DNA from: Thermodesulfobacteriota bacterium
GTDB lineage: Bacteria; Desulfobacterota_D; UBA1144; Nemesobacterales; UBA2774
Reading direction: 5' to 3'
NCBI GenBank assembly: GCA_965223335.1
Contig: OZ244991.1
Location: 928,001-992,000, forward strand
Length of the DNA: 64,000 nt
Both the position numbers and the translations under genes were made by a program. Below the pieces are notes generated by a model, which was given only the letters and a program-made list of their open reading frames with translations, made no database searches and was not told the DNA's origin. Shown here piece by piece: positions 9,966 to 20,770 of this stretch; the first letter of the stretch is position 1; each line of letters starts with the position of its first letter.

Positions 9966-10658
9966 ATGTCTACTATGAACAAGGGAATTATTATAACAAT
10001 CGACGGGCCCGCTGGAGTGGGTAAAAGCACCGTAGCTAAAGAGCTTGCAAAAAGCCTGTCATTGCTATACCTAGACACTGGTGCCATGTACCGAGCCCTT
10101 GCCCTCGCAATAGAGCGACAATCCACCGACATCCGCGACCCCACACAACTCGACAAACTCTTGTCGGACACTGAGATCCAAATCCTAAACGACGATGATA
10201 AAAACGCAGTTGTGATGCTCAACAACGACGATGTCTCGGCTCTTATAAGGACAGAGTCGATATCTAAACTTGCCTCTGACATAGCTACAATAAAAACAGT
10301 CCGCGAAGCGCTTGTCTCCATACAGCGCAAGATCGGGCTTAACCGTAATATCGTAGCCGAGGGCAGGGATATGGGCACCAGGGTGTTCCCCGACGCGGAT
10401 TATAAGTTCTACCTGGACGCAAACCCCCACGAGAGGGCTCTCAGACGATACGCTCAGATCAAGGAAAGTGGCGACGAAATAGAGCTTAAAACCGTTGAAA
10501 CCGAACTAAAATCACGAGATAAACGCGACAGAACACGCAGTGAATCTCCCTTGCATCCGGCCCCGAATGCGGTAATAATAGATACTACAGAGATAGCGGC
10601 CAATGCGGTAATCGATAAGATAATTGATACTATCAAATCTAGAGAGTTAGCCGATTGA
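9966..10658 (+). CDS. cmk: Cytidylate kinase
   Basis: IDGPAGVGKST, LDTGAMYR, EGRDMGT; lies between aroA and rpsA. Confidence 0.97.
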   Translation: MSTMNKGIIITIDGPAGVGKSTVAKELAKSLSLLYLDTGAMYRALALAIERQSTDIRDPTQLDKLLSDTEIQILNDDDKNAVVMLNNDDVSALIRTESISKLASDIATIKTVREALVSIQRKIGLNRNIVAEGRDMGTRVFPDADYKFYLDANPHERALRRYAQIKESGDEIELKTVETELKSRDKRDRTRSESPLHPAPNAVIIDTTEIAANAVIDKIIDTIKSRELAD

Positions 10659-10714
10659 GTCTACGGTAGCAGCTTTACCACAATATCAAAATACAGATAA
10701 TTCAAAAGGCCATC

Positions 10715-12400
10715 ATGGAAGAAAACAAAAATTTTGCGGATCTTGTAGATGAAACCATTAACGTCCCCCAGACAGGCAGGGTGATCAAGGGTGTAGTGGT
10801 AAGTTACGATAAGGATGTTGTATTCATCGACTTCGGGTCTAAATCCGAGGGTGTAGCACCTATTGCCGAGTTCTATGGCAAATCGGGCGAGCTCGAAGTA
10901 GAGGTGGGTGACGAGGTAGAGGTGTTGATAGAGCAGTGGCAGGGGGGACTACCGAGGCTGTCTAAAAATAAAGCCGATATGCTAAAGGAAACAGATCGTT
11001 TAAAAAAACACTTTGATTCCGGCGAATTAATCTCTGTAAACATTCTAGAAAAAGTAAAAGGCGGGCTCATAGCAGACATAGGCGAAAACATAAAAATCAG
11101 GGCTTTTTTACCCGCCTCGCAAATCGATATACGACCCACCTCGGATCTAGACAGCATGATAGGCAAAGATCTTGAGGTAAGGATTATTAAGCTCGCCAAT
11201 AATGACGTGGTTGTATCCCGCAGAGCATTTTTAGAAGAAGAGCGCGAATCCACCAGAAAAGAGACTTTGGCCACCTTAGAGGTTGGCAAACTCCTATCGG
11301 GCAAGGTCATAAAGATTATCGATCAAGGGATCTTCGTTGATATCGGGGGCATTGAGGGTTTTGTGCCTATAAGTGAGCTCTCGTGGGGTAGGATCAAACA
11401 CCCGAGCGATGTTGTTTCCGAGGGCAGCGATATCGATACCAAAGTACTAAATATCGAGAATGAAAACAGAATCACATTGAGCTACAAGGATACGATTGAT
11501 GACCCCTGGCTCACCACGAAAGATAAATACCAAGTAGGCTCTACAATATCGGGCAAGGTAGTATCGTTAACCGATTTCGGTGTATTTGTAGAGCTTGAAC
11601 AGGGGATCGAGGGCCTTGTACACATCTCAGAGATCACATGGACCAAGAGGTTCAAACACCCAAAGGAGATCGTCGACCCCGGCAGCACCGTAGAATGCAT
11701 TGTGCTCGACGTCGATACCGAGAAAAAGCGGATCTCCCTTAGTCTCCGCCAAATCGAGCCCAGCCCTTGGGCAACGTTTAAGGAAGAAAACCCCCAGGGC
11801 ACAAGGATTACGGGCAAAATCGTTAATGTTACCGACAAGGGTATTTTTGTTGAGGTAGCCCAGGATCTCGTAGGTTTAGTAAGACCTGATAACATTGAGT
11901 GGAAAGGCAGAGTAAACCCCCAGGAGAGCTATAAAACAGGGGACGAGATCGAGGTAGTAGTGCTCAACACCGACGTCGCTGGCCAGAGGATCGGTCTTGG
12001 GGTAAAGCAGCTTACCAACGATCCCTGGGACGATGCTACAAAGAACTACAAGAAAGGTGACACGGCTCTAAAGGGAACTGTAAAAGAGATAAAAGACAGA
12101 GGGGTAGTGCTTGACCTTGAAAATGACATAGAGGGTTATATAAGACTTTCCGAGCTTACAGACGACAGAAACATCACAGACCCTTCAAAGATTGTAGATA
12201 TTGGTGAAGAGATCACAGCTCTGGTAACGGGGTTCGAAAGGAGATCTCGACAGGTCAATCTGAGTAAAACGAAATACGAGGTATGGATGGAAAAACAGCG
12301 TGTTTCAGATTTCATCTCTTCCCAGGGCGATTCGGCGGCCAAGTTAGGAGACCTTCTGTCCGAAAAATTAAAATCCATCAACAAAGACGAGGTCCTATAG
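10715..12400 (+). CDS. rpsA: 30S ribosomal protein S1
   Basis: Six S1 repeats (AFLPASQID, FGVFVEL, EGLVHISEITW). Confidence 0.97.
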   Translation: MEENKNFADLVDETINVPQTGRVIKGVVVSYDKDVVFIDFGSKSEGVAPIAEFYGKSGELEVEVGDEVEVLIEQWQGGLPRLSKNKADMLKETDRLKKHFDSGELISVNILEKVKGGLIADIGENIKIRAFLPASQIDIRPTSDLDSMIGKDLEVRIIKLANNDVVVSRRAFLEEERESTRKETLATLEVGKLLSGKVIKIIDQGIFVDIGGIEGFVPISELSWGRIKHPSDVVSEGSDIDTKVLNIENENRITLSYKDTIDDPWLTTKDKYQVGSTISGKVVSLTDFGVFVELEQGIEGLVHISEITWTKRFKHPKEIVDPGSTVECIVLDVDTEKKRISLSLRQIEPSPWATFKEENPQGTRITGKIVNVTDKGIFVEVAQDLVGLVRPDNIEWKGRVNPQESYKTGDEIEVVVLNTDVAGQRIGLGVKQLTNDPWDDATKNYKKGDTALKGTVKEIKDRGVVLDLENDIEGYIRLSELTDDRNITDPSKIVDIGEEITALVTGFERRSRQVNLSKTKYEVWMEKQRVSDFISSQGDSAAKLGDLLSEKLKSINKDEVL

Positions 12401-12402
12401 AT

Positions 12403-13284
12403 TTGAGGGGTTTTCTTCTTGCCATAGTAATAACCATTCTTTTAATTTTCACTTTCATAGCTGGTATGGGTTGTGGTGTAATGATCTCGGGTGACGATGG
12501 GTTTTCCCCTGGGGAAAAGGTTGCGGTACTTAGGATTAATGATGTGATCCTCGAGTCCCAGACCTATCTGGACAGCATATCCAAAATAAGGGACGACTCC
12601 CATATCAAGGCTGTAGTTGTAAGGATTAACTCCCCGGGCGGTGCTGTGGGCCCGTCACAAGAGATTTACAGCGAACTAAAACAACTCCGCGAGGAAAAAC
12701 CTGTGATCTCAAGCCTGGGCTCGGTGGGAGCATCGGGAGGCTACTACATAGCCTGTGCCACAGAGAAGATATACGCCAACCCTGGCACCATCACAGGCAG
12801 CATCGGTGTTATAGCCCAGTTCGCAAGCTACGAGAAGCTGCTGGAATGGGCAAAAGTGGACGTAGAGGTAATTAAAAGCGGCGAATTCAAGGACGTAGGC
12901 TCACCGTTTAGAGAGATGAACCAAACGGACAAAGACTATATTCAGAGTCTCATCGATAATGTGCACACACAGTTTAAAGACGCAGTGGCCGAGTGTCGTA
13001 ATCTAAAAAAGGAACAGGTTGCAGAGATTGCCGACGGCAAAATCTTCACCGGTGAACAGGCCAAAAAATTAAAGCTTATCGACGATCTCGGGACTATTAA
13101 CGACGCGGTATCTCTTGCCGCAAAGCGGGGCGGTATAGAGGGCAAACCCAAGCTCATATACTACCCCAAGAGAAAATCCCCACTTTTAGATATACTCTAT
13201 TCAAAACTAGACTATAGCGGGCTTAGCAGAATACCTAAGAAAACAGGCTTCGGCCTATATTACTTGGTAAATATTATAAACTGA
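12403..13284 (+). CDS. sppA: Signal peptide peptidase SppA (36K type, S49)
   Basis: RINSPGG, ASGGYY, TGSIGV, KSGEFKD; real start is probably TTG at 12403, just after the rpsA stop. Confidence 0.93.
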   Translation: MRGFLLAIVITILLIFTFIAGMGCGVMISGDDGFSPGEKVAVLRINDVILESQTYLDSISKIRDDSHIKAVVVRINSPGGAVGPSQEIYSELKQLREEKPVISSLGSVGASGGYYIACATEKIYANPGTITGSIGVIAQFASYEKLLEWAKVDVEVIKSGEFKDVGSPFREMNQTDKDYIQSLIDNVHTQFKDAVAECRNLKKEQVAEIADGKIFTGEQAKKLKLIDDLGTINDAVSLAAKRGGIEGKPKLIYYPKRKSPLLDILYSKLDYSGLSRIPKKTGFGLYYLVNIIN

Positions 13285-13286
13285 TA

Positions 13287-13772
13287 ATGAAAGTGCTATG
13301 GGCTCCCTGGAGAATCGAATACATAACAGCCAAGAAAGACGAGGGATGTGTATTTTGCTCCGCATCCAACCAAGACGATGACAAAAAGAATCTCATACTC
13401 TATAAAGGCGAGACCTGTTTCATAATTATGAACCGATACCCCTATTCCAACGGACACCTGATGGCAGTACCCTACCGTCACACTAGCGATCTAAGAGAGC
13501 TCGGGGACTCTGAGCGTCTGGAGCTGATTAACCTCACAGGCAAGTGCCTGGATATCTTGAATGCCATAAACCCCGACGGTTACAATCTTGGAATGAATAT
13601 CGGCCGCGAGGCAGGCGCTGGGATAGACGACCACCTACATTTTCACATCGTCCCCAGGTGGAGCGGCGACACCAATTTTATGCCCCTATTAGCCGACACA
13701 AAGATTATGCCCGAATATTTGGAATCGACTTATGATACACTATTGGCAGAACTAAAAAATATTGAGAGGTGA
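13287..13772 (+). CDS. HIT-family (Ap4A hydrolase/phosphorylase-like) protein
   Basis: LWAPWR, CVFC, NRYPY, HLHFHIVPRW. Confidence 0.93.
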   Translation: MKVLWAPWRIEYITAKKDEGCVFCSASNQDDDKKNLILYKGETCFIIMNRYPYSNGHLMAVPYRHTSDLRELGDSERLELINLTGKCLDILNAINPDGYNLGMNIGREAGAGIDDHLHFHIVPRWSGDTNFMPLLADTKIMPEYLESTYDTLLAELKNIER

Positions 13773-13775
13773 TAA

Positions 13776-14159
13776 ATGAGATTTATTAAAATCATAATAG
13801 TAATCCTTATAATCATACTGTTTGCTATTATCTATACACAGAACATAGATGTATTCACGCATACATTCGAGGTAAAGCTCGATCTCAAAAACTATATGGT
13901 CGGCCCGTATCTAACTAAAAACATTGTTTTAATACTCTCCGCGTTTGCACTCGGTGGAGTGGTCACCCTTATTTTCGGGGCCATGCAGTCGATCTCTGCA
14001 AAATCCGAGCTAAAAAGCATAAAACGACGGGTAAGGGAACTAGAGGCCGATAACCAAAGACTTAGTGAGCAATCCCATCATCACGAGCACACCGAGCCCG
14101 AGGCCGAAGAATCCTCATCCGGCACAAGCCCCTTTGCACCGCCATCTGATGACGATTGA
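13776..14159 (+). CDS. LapA/DUF1049 family membrane protein
   Basis: TM-QN...-TM-coiled-coil architecture; typical position after rpsA-sppA-HIT. Confidence 0.7.
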   Translation: MRFIKIIIVILIIILFAIIYTQNIDVFTHTFEVKLDLKNYMVGPYLTKNIVLILSAFALGGVVTLIFGAMQSISAKSELKSIKRRVRELEADNQRLSEQSHHHEHTEPEAEESSSGTSPFAPPSDDD

Positions 14160-14222
14160 GCTCCCATACAGCGGATCATATAAGTTTAGTGACAGATGGC
14201 AATATTGTATTACAATATTGTT

Positions 14223-15149
14223 ATGCATCTCTCACGTAAGCCACGCTGGATAAAAGCAAAACTCCCCGGGGGACCCAACTATAACCTGCTTAGATCGCTT
14301 ACAAAGGATCTTGAGCTAAACACGGTATGCCAGGAAGCCAAATGCCCCAATATCGGCGAGTGCTGGAATTCGGGCACACTCACATTCATGATTCTCGGCG
14401 ATACATGTACCAGGAGCTGCGGGTTCTGCCATGTAACAACCGGCCGGGGTGCCGAGATTGACTGGCAAGAACCGCTTCGGGTCGCACAAGCAGTAAACAC
14501 ACTAAAGAACAATAACGCTCACTTAAAACACATAGTGATCACATCTGTTAACAGGGACGATAAAAATCTTGAGAGTGCCGAACTGTTTGCAGAAACCATA
14601 AAAAGGGTAAGGGAACTAAATCCTGAGGTTAAGATAGAGGTGCTCATACCCGACTTTAAAGGCGATAGAAACGCGTTACTACGAGTGCTCGAGGCCAAGC
14701 CGGACGTATTAAACCACAACATAGAGACCGTCCCCAGGCTCTACACCGAGCTCCAGCCCACAAGCTCGGGGAAACAAAGAGCGGTACGCCCCCAGGCCAG
14801 GTACGAGTGGTCCCTCGAAGTCCTTCGCAACAGCCGAGCGGACGGCCACAGAGAAATATTGACTAAAACAGGCTTAATGGTGGGCGTGGGTGAAGAGCTT
14901 GAAGAAGTCGTTGATACACTCCGAGACCTAAAGAACATAGAGTGCGATATAGTATCGATCGGTCAGTATCTACAGCCTACAAAGCACCATATAGAGGTAT
15001 CTAAATTTTATCATCCGCTTGAGTTCGAGTCTCTTAAATCCTACGGCGAAAAGATAATCGGCATCCCTCACATAGAAGCAGGCCCACTGGTCAGAAGCTC
15101 CTACCACGCCGATAAACAGGTTTCCGGTATTGAAAGCAACCACCTCTAA
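14223..15149 (+). CDS. lipA: Lipoyl synthase
   Basis: CQEAKCPNIGECW, CTRSCGFC, VRSSYHA. Confidence 0.97.
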   Translation: MHLSRKPRWIKAKLPGGPNYNLLRSLTKDLELNTVCQEAKCPNIGECWNSGTLTFMILGDTCTRSCGFCHVTTGRGAEIDWQEPLRVAQAVNTLKNNNAHLKHIVITSVNRDDKNLESAELFAETIKRVRELNPEVKIEVLIPDFKGDRNALLRVLEAKPDVLNHNIETVPRLYTELQPTSSGKQRAVRPQARYEWSLEVLRNSRADGHREILTKTGLMVGVGEELEEVVDTLRDLKNIECDIVSIGQYLQPTKHHIEVSKFYHPLEFESLKSYGEKIIGIPHIEAGPLVRSSYHADKQVSGIESNHL

Positions 15150-15243
15150 TAATTTAATCTTCCATGACCATAAAGTGCGGTAATTGATTAGTTGAAGCAT
15201 CCGCACCTTGATTATTCCGTCCCAGCATTTAACCTCTTTGCCT

Positions 15244-16449
15244 ATGAAATACGTAATCCTCCAGGGTGACGGCATGCCGGATCATCCGCTTGATGTGCTC
15301 GAAGGCAAAACCCCGCTCGAGGCAGCGTCCACACCCAACCTGGATCTAATTGCCAAGAGTGCAATAAAATTCGGTATGGTAAAAACCATCCCCGACAACC
15401 TCCCCCCGGGGAGCGACGTGGGGAACCTCACTGTTTTAGGCTACGACCCCAACAAGTACTATACGGGACGCTCCCCGCTTGAAGCCGCCAGCATGGGTGT
15501 CGAGATCGGGCCCACAGACGTCACGCTCAGGTGTAACCTGGTCACACTCACCCCGGAGGGCGACACAACCGTCATGGAAGACTACAGCGCCGGTCATATA
15601 ACGAGCGAAGAAGCGGCCCAACTTATAAGCGCTATAAAACAGGGACTTGATAACGAGGCGTTTACTTTCCATCCGGGGGTCAGTTACCGCCACCTTTTAG
15701 TCTGGCGCAACGGCAACACCGATATTACCACAACACCCCCACACGATATCTCCGGTAAGGATATAAGCACACACCTGCCAAGCGGTAACGGTGCCGAGAA
15801 ATTAAACGAACTTATAGAGAGATCAATACAGATACTAGCCACCCACCCTGTGAACAAAGCAAGGGTTCAGGCAGGCAAAAACCCGGCTTCGAGCATCTGG
15901 CTTTGGGGCGAGGGTACGGCACCCAAAATGCCCTCGTTCAAAGAGCTCTACAACCTAAGCGGCTCTGTTATCTCGGCTGTGGACCTGGTTAAAGGCATTG
16001 GACACTACGCCAAGTTGAAAGTCATAGATGTCCCCGGTGCAACGGGCTACCTGGACACAAACTACGAAGGTAAGGTTGAGTACGCACTAAACTCGCTTGA
16101 TGAAGTGGACCTCACCATGATCCACATAGAATCTACAGATGAGACCGGCCACGTGGGTAAAGCCGACCTAAAAATAACCGCCATCGAAGACTTCGACAGC
16201 AGGGTAGTGGGCCCGGTGCTGGCAGGCATCCACAGGTTTGAGGATTATAGAATCCTTGTGATGTCCGACCACCCAACCCCCATAGACCTAAGAACCCATG
16301 TAAACGAACCCGTACCGTTTGCTATCTATAGCTCGGCCGACCTGAGTACAAAAAACAAATCCTATGTGTATTCAGAAAAATCTGCCAGTGGGACCTCCGT
16401 GTTTGTAGACGAGGGATGGAAACTTTTACAAATGTTTCTGGATAGTTAA
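15244..16449 (+). CDS. apgM: Cofactor-independent phosphoglycerate mutase, ApgM type
   Basis: GDGMPD, PGSDVGN, YTGRSPLEA, DETGH, SDHPTP. Confidence 0.92.
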   Translation: MKYVILQGDGMPDHPLDVLEGKTPLEAASTPNLDLIAKSAIKFGMVKTIPDNLPPGSDVGNLTVLGYDPNKYYTGRSPLEAASMGVEIGPTDVTLRCNLVTLTPEGDTTVMEDYSAGHITSEEAAQLISAIKQGLDNEAFTFHPGVSYRHLLVWRNGNTDITTTPPHDISGKDISTHLPSGNGAEKLNELIERSIQILATHPVNKARVQAGKNPASSIWLWGEGTAPKMPSFKELYNLSGSVISAVDLVKGIGHYAKLKVIDVPGATGYLDTNYEGKVEYALNSLDEVDLTMIHIESTDETGHVGKADLKITAIEDFDSRVVGPVLAGIHRFEDYRILVMSDHPTPIDLRTHVNEPVPFAIYSSADLSTKNKSYVYSEKSASGTSVFVDEGWKLLQMFLDS

Positions 16450-16481
16450 CGTTATGACAGCTTACTGATCAAGTAAACTTA

Positions 16482-17249
16482 CTAGCCTTTAGACTTAACC
16501 TCTTCCCAGAGTTCCTCCATCTCCTGAGAAGTAAGTTCTGATAGTGCAGTACCCCGCTGCTCGGCTAATAACTCGATCCTGCTAAAGCGCTCTATAAACT
16601 TGTCTACGGCACAATGTGATGCACTTTCTGCGTCTATTCCCAGATGCCGGCTCAGGTTTACGAGTGAGAATACCAAGTCACCCCACTCCCTCTCGATCCC
16701 GTCTTTATTATTAGTTTCGATCTCTCTTTGGAGCTCACCCAGCTCCTCACGCACCTTATCCATTACCTCCCCAGCCCCCTGCCAGTCGAACCCGACCTGA
16801 GATGCCTTTTCCCCAACCCTTTTAGCCCTAAGCAATGACGGCATCGATCTCGGGATATTGAGCAGTGTACGCTTTCGGGTTTTTTCCTTAAGCTTGGTCT
16901 CATGCCACCTCTTTACAGCCTGTTCTGCGTTTTGGGCCCTTTCCTCCCCAAACACATGAGGGTGTCTCCTAACGAGTTTCTCGTGCAACTGGTCCACGAC
17001 TTCATCAATCCCAAAACCCCCCTCACTCGATGCGATTTCGGCCGCAAATACAACCTGATACAACAGATCCCCCAACTCCTCCACCAACTCTTCGGAATCG
17101 TTGGATTCAATTGCCTCGATCACCTCGTAGGTCTCCTCAAGCATATATGTTTTTAGAGTATGCAGAGTCTGCTCCCTATCCCAGGGGCACCCCTCGGGTC
17201 CCATCAATATTTTTGAGAGTTCTACTAAATCTTGAAAACTTTTTTTCAT
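16482..17249 (-). CDS. mazG: Nucleoside triphosphate pyrophosphohydrolase MazG
   Basis: GCPWDREQT, EETYE, EELGDLL, RRHPHVF. Confidence 0.97.
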   Translation of the reverse strand: MKKSFQDLVELSKILMGPEGCPWDREQTLHTLKTYMLEETYEVIEAIESNDSEELVEELGDLLYQVVFAAEIASSEGGFGIDEVVDQLHEKLVRRHPHVFGEERAQNAEQAVKRWHETKLKEKTRKRTLLNIPRSMPSLLRAKRVGEKASQVGFDWQGAGEVMDKVREELGELQREIETNNKDGIEREWGDLVFSLVNLSRHLGIDAESASHCAVDKFIERFSRIELLAEQRGTALSELTSQEMEELWEEVKSKG

Positions 17250-17356
17250 TTTATTATTCCCAGCTATATGATTAATTGTGATATACGATTAGAATGTATC
17301 TTACTAGCGTGTAAATGTGAAACTCCGAGACTGATACCGACTGACAAGGGAAGCAT

Positions 17357-17935
17357 ATGGGCAATGCACGTGGATCAATAATTGCATATTTTAAGGATTT
17401 CGTTTTAGAAACACACGGTGAGGGCGAGTGGCAAAAATTCTTAAACGAGCTCACACCTGAAGACGCAGAGATTTTAACCCAAGAGATATACAAACTAGAT
17501 TGGTACCCCGCACCCATATTAAACCGGGTAATCGAAGTTTATGATAAGCTCTACGGCAAAGGGGACTACCAATCGATAATCCCTATTGCCGAATACATTG
17601 TTACAGAAGACCTCTCCCCCGTATTCAATGTATTTCTCGATCTCAAAAACCCTACATTTATCCTAAACAACACCCCTTCGCTTTGGAAAAGATACTTCGA
17701 CACGGGCAAGGTAGTAGTAGAGTCGGCAGACGACGATAATAAGTTCTATAAGATACGCCTCGAAGAGTTGGCCGATGAGAGCCAGGTATCCGGCAGGGCT
17801 ATTTGCGATGTCGGTATACCGACTTGGATAAAAACAGGCCTTCACCTCACGGGAGCAAAAAATGTTAAAGCAGACCCAACAGAGTGCAGGTACCAAGGTG
17901 CCGAGCATTGTATTCTTGAGGTCAGGTGGGATTAA
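17357..17935 (+). CDS. H-NOX/V4R-like (DUF2378/TIGR02265-like) hypothetical protein
   Basis: N-terminal RG...HGEGEW, WYP motif, C-terminal CRYQGAEHC...W typical of V4R-like folds. Confidence 0.6.
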   Translation: MGNARGSIIAYFKDFVLETHGEGEWQKFLNELTPEDAEILTQEIYKLDWYPAPILNRVIEVYDKLYGKGDYQSIIPIAEYIVTEDLSPVFNVFLDLKNPTFILNNTPSLWKRYFDTGKVVVESADDDNKFYKIRLEELADESQVSGRAICDVGIPTWIKTGLHLTGAKNVKADPTECRYQGAEHCILEVRWD

Positions 17936-17959
17936 TGGATCTGTAAGGCACTAGCTCAA

Positions 17960-19093
17960 TCAGACCCTAAGCCTAAACCGTTTCGGGTACTTCGTTAGAT
18001 TCTCGCATCCCCTCTTCTTCACCAGCACAACGTCTTCGATCCGTACCCCCCCGATCTTCTCATAGTAGAGCCCAGGTTCCACTGTAACCACATTCCCCTC
18101 CACCAACACCTCGTCCCCGGGCCCTATCCTAGGCGGCTCGTGTATATCAAGCCCGAGCCCATGCCCTGTCGAGTGGATAAACCCCTGCGGCTTACCGTCC
18201 AGGTTGCGGGTCCGATAGCCTTGCTTCTCAAAATACTCGGTAATAGCTCCATGCACGTCTTTGCCCTTAATACCGTCGCGAATCATTTCAATCCCTATCT
18301 TCTGACCCTTAAGCACCGTGTTATACATCTTGATAATCTCCGGCGACGGTTCCCCCCTAATTACGGTACGGGTCATATCACCGAAATACCCGTGGGTCTC
18401 GGATCTGGGGAATATGTCTATGATTATCGGTTTATCGGCCGATACAGGTCCTGTGCCCGTGTGGTGGGGCATCGAGGAATGTACACCCGACGACACTATG
18501 GTGTGTGAGCCTATGAACCCTAGCCTCGAGAGCTCGGCGTTTATCTCGCCTTTAACCATCTCGGACGTAAGGACTTTTTGGCCCAGGTATAGTCTGTTCT
18601 TTTTAATCGTGGACGACGCTATCAGACGCTGGGCAAGGTCCATCGCGCGTGCAGTCTTGCGTAGTGAATCTTTAATGTTTTTTATCTCCCGAGCGTCCTT
18701 AACAAGCCTCTCGGGGCAAAACATTGGATCCTTACTTACCCTTAAATTAAAACCGCTCTTTCGCAGTTGATCGGCATATTTAACCGGGAAACTCCCCGGC
18801 ACATTAACTGTTTTTATCTTAAGCTCTCCCATCACAGTGCCGGCAATATCTACCAGATTAAATTTTTTCTTGTTATTGCTCCTAAGTTTTGCCACATACT
18901 CGGATAACGACAAAACCGTATCAACACTCGCTTCACTCCTACCCCTGTCGATCTCAAGATCGTTTAGTACCAGTATTTTTTTATCCTTATGCTCGATAAA
19001 AATTACTGGGTCGGGGACAAAAAACCCGGTTTTATAAAGCAGGTCTGCGTTATTCTCACTCTTATCTATAATAAGAGAGCTTTGTTTACTCAT
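17960..19093 (-). CDS. Xaa-Pro aminopeptidase (M24B)
   Basis: GDMTRT, HSTGHGLGLDIHE, TVEPGLY, GGVRIED. Confidence 0.93.
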   Translation of the reverse strand: MSKQSSLIIDKSENNADLLYKTGFFVPDPVIFIEHKDKKILVLNDLEIDRGRSEASVDTVLSLSEYVAKLRSNNKKKFNLVDIAGTVMGELKIKTVNVPGSFPVKYADQLRKSGFNLRVSKDPMFCPERLVKDAREIKNIKDSLRKTARAMDLAQRLIASSTIKKNRLYLGQKVLTSEMVKGEINAELSRLGFIGSHTIVSSGVHSSMPHHTGTGPVSADKPIIIDIFPRSETHGYFGDMTRTVIRGEPSPEIIKMYNTVLKGQKIGIEMIRDGIKGKDVHGAITEYFEKQGYRTRNLDGKPQGFIHSTGHGLGLDIHEPPRIGPGDEVLVEGNVVTVEPGLYYEKIGGVRIEDVVLVKKRGCENLTKYPKRFRLRV

Positions 19094-19220
19094 CGATTAA
19101 CAAAATATACATAATTCACCTTTAGTTAATCAAGGTATAATCAAAGTGGTTAGCCATTACTGGTTAAATCCCCTTTATGATATAATGAGCTATCAATATT
19201 TACTGGGAGAAAAACAACCC

Positions 19221-19664
19221 ATGCTATACCGACTGGTTAAGTTAACTGTAGCAACTCTGTTAATTGCCTCGTTTGCCTTAGCTTCATTAGCCGAGAAAAC
19301 AGAATCAGCCAAAGAGCTCTCGTTTAAGCAGCTCTGCGAATCCACCTCCGATTTCCCCATGACATCCGACCAGCAGTATCGAGGTAAAAGAGTAAAATCT
19401 TCTATCAATGTGAGTAGTTCGAGAAAGATACTAACCGCGTGCAAAGGCGATGAAATCGGTATGTTTACTGTCGAGTTTATAGCTACAGACGACTATGTGG
19501 TACAGTGTGTTTGCACGAGTCCCGAGTTTGAAAAAGTGCTTAAATCCACCGAGGGATCTGAGCTTGGCATAGAGGGTATATTCGAATCCCTCACTTCCGT
19601 GTTCTTCGAAACCGAAACCAAGCAGTGCAAGATAACACTTAACGACTGCACATTTAAACAGTGA
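19221..19664 (+). CDS. Secreted hypothetical protein, possibly OB-fold (tRNA_anti-like)
   Basis: GGAGA RBS; signal peptide MLYRLVKLTVATLLIASFALASLA; YRGKRV segment; several Cys. Confidence 0.6.
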   Translation: MLYRLVKLTVATLLIASFALASLAEKTESAKELSFKQLCESTSDFPMTSDQQYRGKRVKSSINVSSSRKILTACKGDEIGMFTVEFIATDDYVVQCVCTSPEFEKVLKSTEGSELGIEGIFESLTSVFFETETKQCKITLNDCTFKQ

Positions 19665-20149
19665 TGTTAACAGTACTAAAATCATTATTTAGCCTTTCTA
19701 TGGTGTTTTGGATAGGGGGGCTCTTTTTCTTCTCATTTGTTGCGGCACCCAGTATTTTCAAGGTGCTAAGCAGAGAGACCGCAGGTGATGTGGTGGGCGA
19801 TATATTTCCCAAATACTACATGCTCTCATACGTATGCGGAGCGGTTGCACTAACTAGCTCCATAGCCCTTTGGTTTTTGACCAAAACCCAAAAGAGCAAC
19901 GCTGAGCCAATCATAATGCTCATACTTGTTGCCATGCTAGGACTTTCCGTATACGCGGGGCAGGTCATAGGCCCCAAGGCCAATGCAGCAAAGTTCGAGG
20001 TACGTAGCCTTAACGCAGAAACCCCCGAACACAACTCTGCGAAACTCAGATTCGCCAAGCTGCACCGCCAGTCCGTATTGGTTAACATCCTTGTGTTTAT
20101 AATGGGAATTGCCATTATAATCATTACCGCATATACTTATAAGCACTAG
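19664..20149 (+). CDS. DUF4149/TMEM205-like membrane protein
   Basis: FFSFVAAPSIFKVL, IFPKYY, FAKLHRQS motifs; TGATG coupling to the upstream gene. Confidence 0.85.
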   Translation: MLTVLKSLFSLSMVFWIGGLFFFSFVAAPSIFKVLSRETAGDVVGDIFPKYYMLSYVCGAVALTSSIALWFLTKTQKSNAEPIIMLILVAMLGLSVYAGQVIGPKANAAKFEVRSLNAETPEHNSAKLRFAKLHRQSVLVNILVFIMGIAIIIITAYTYKH

Positions 20150-20179
20150 ATAATTGTATTTAAACGGAGGCAGTTATTT

Positions 20180-20503
20180 ATGTTTAGCGTAACTACAAAG
20201 GCAACGGACGAGATTAAGAGACTATTATCCGAAGAGGACATCCCCGAGGCGGTTCTTAGGGTCAGGGTAGTACCAGGGGGTTGTTCAGGTTTCGCATACG
20301 AGATGGGTTTCGATGACGAGACTGATGACTCGGATCAGATAATTGAAGCCGATGGAGTTAAGGTAGCCATTGACGAGATCAGCTACCCCTACTTAAACGG
20401 CTCTACACTAGATTATAACGACGGTTTAAACGGTACGGGGTTTTCAATCAACAACCCCAATGCCACAGGCTCATGCGGCTGTGGCCAATCTTTTACAGCT
20501 TAA
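20180..20503 (+). CDS. A-type Fe-S carrier (IscA/ErpA/HesB family)
   Basis: GGCSGF and NPNATGSCGCGQSF. Confidence 0.95.
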   Translation: MFSVTTKATDEIKRLLSEEDIPEAVLRVRVVPGGCSGFAYEMGFDDETDDSDQIIEADGVKVAIDEISYPYLNGSTLDYNDGLNGTGFSINNPNATGSCGCGQSFTA

Positions 20504-20529
20504 AATCAAAAAATAACAAAAAGCTTTTT

Positions 20530-20572
20530 AAAAAAGACCGGTCTTGAATATATTTCAGACCGGTCTTTTTTT
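20530..20572 (+). terminator. Rho-independent terminator
   Basis: AAAAAAGACCGGTCT-TGAA...TTC-AGACCGGTCTTTTTTT. Confidence 0.88.
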
Positions 20573-20770
20573 GAGTACCGCTCGAAAAATTGCACAAATA
20601 ATGTTATTTTCTATGTGAATGGTGGTAGTGAATAAAGACCCTAAGGTATAACCTGTTTAGAACCCTGGAATACTATCTGGCGATGTAATCAACTCGTCTA
20701 TCTGAGTGTTGAATACAGTATTACCAGGTGTAGGCACCTCGAGCGATATGAGAAATGGAGCCCAAACGAG

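Noticed and set aside
12283..12402. N-terminal extension of the sppA ORF overlapping rpsA
   Set aside because: It is a frame overlap with the rpsA 3' end; TTG at 12403 gives a normal TM-anchored SppA.
20535..20566. AGACCGGTCT repeated palindromes as a protein-binding site or repeat element
   Set aside because: Fully explained as the two arms of a terminator stem.
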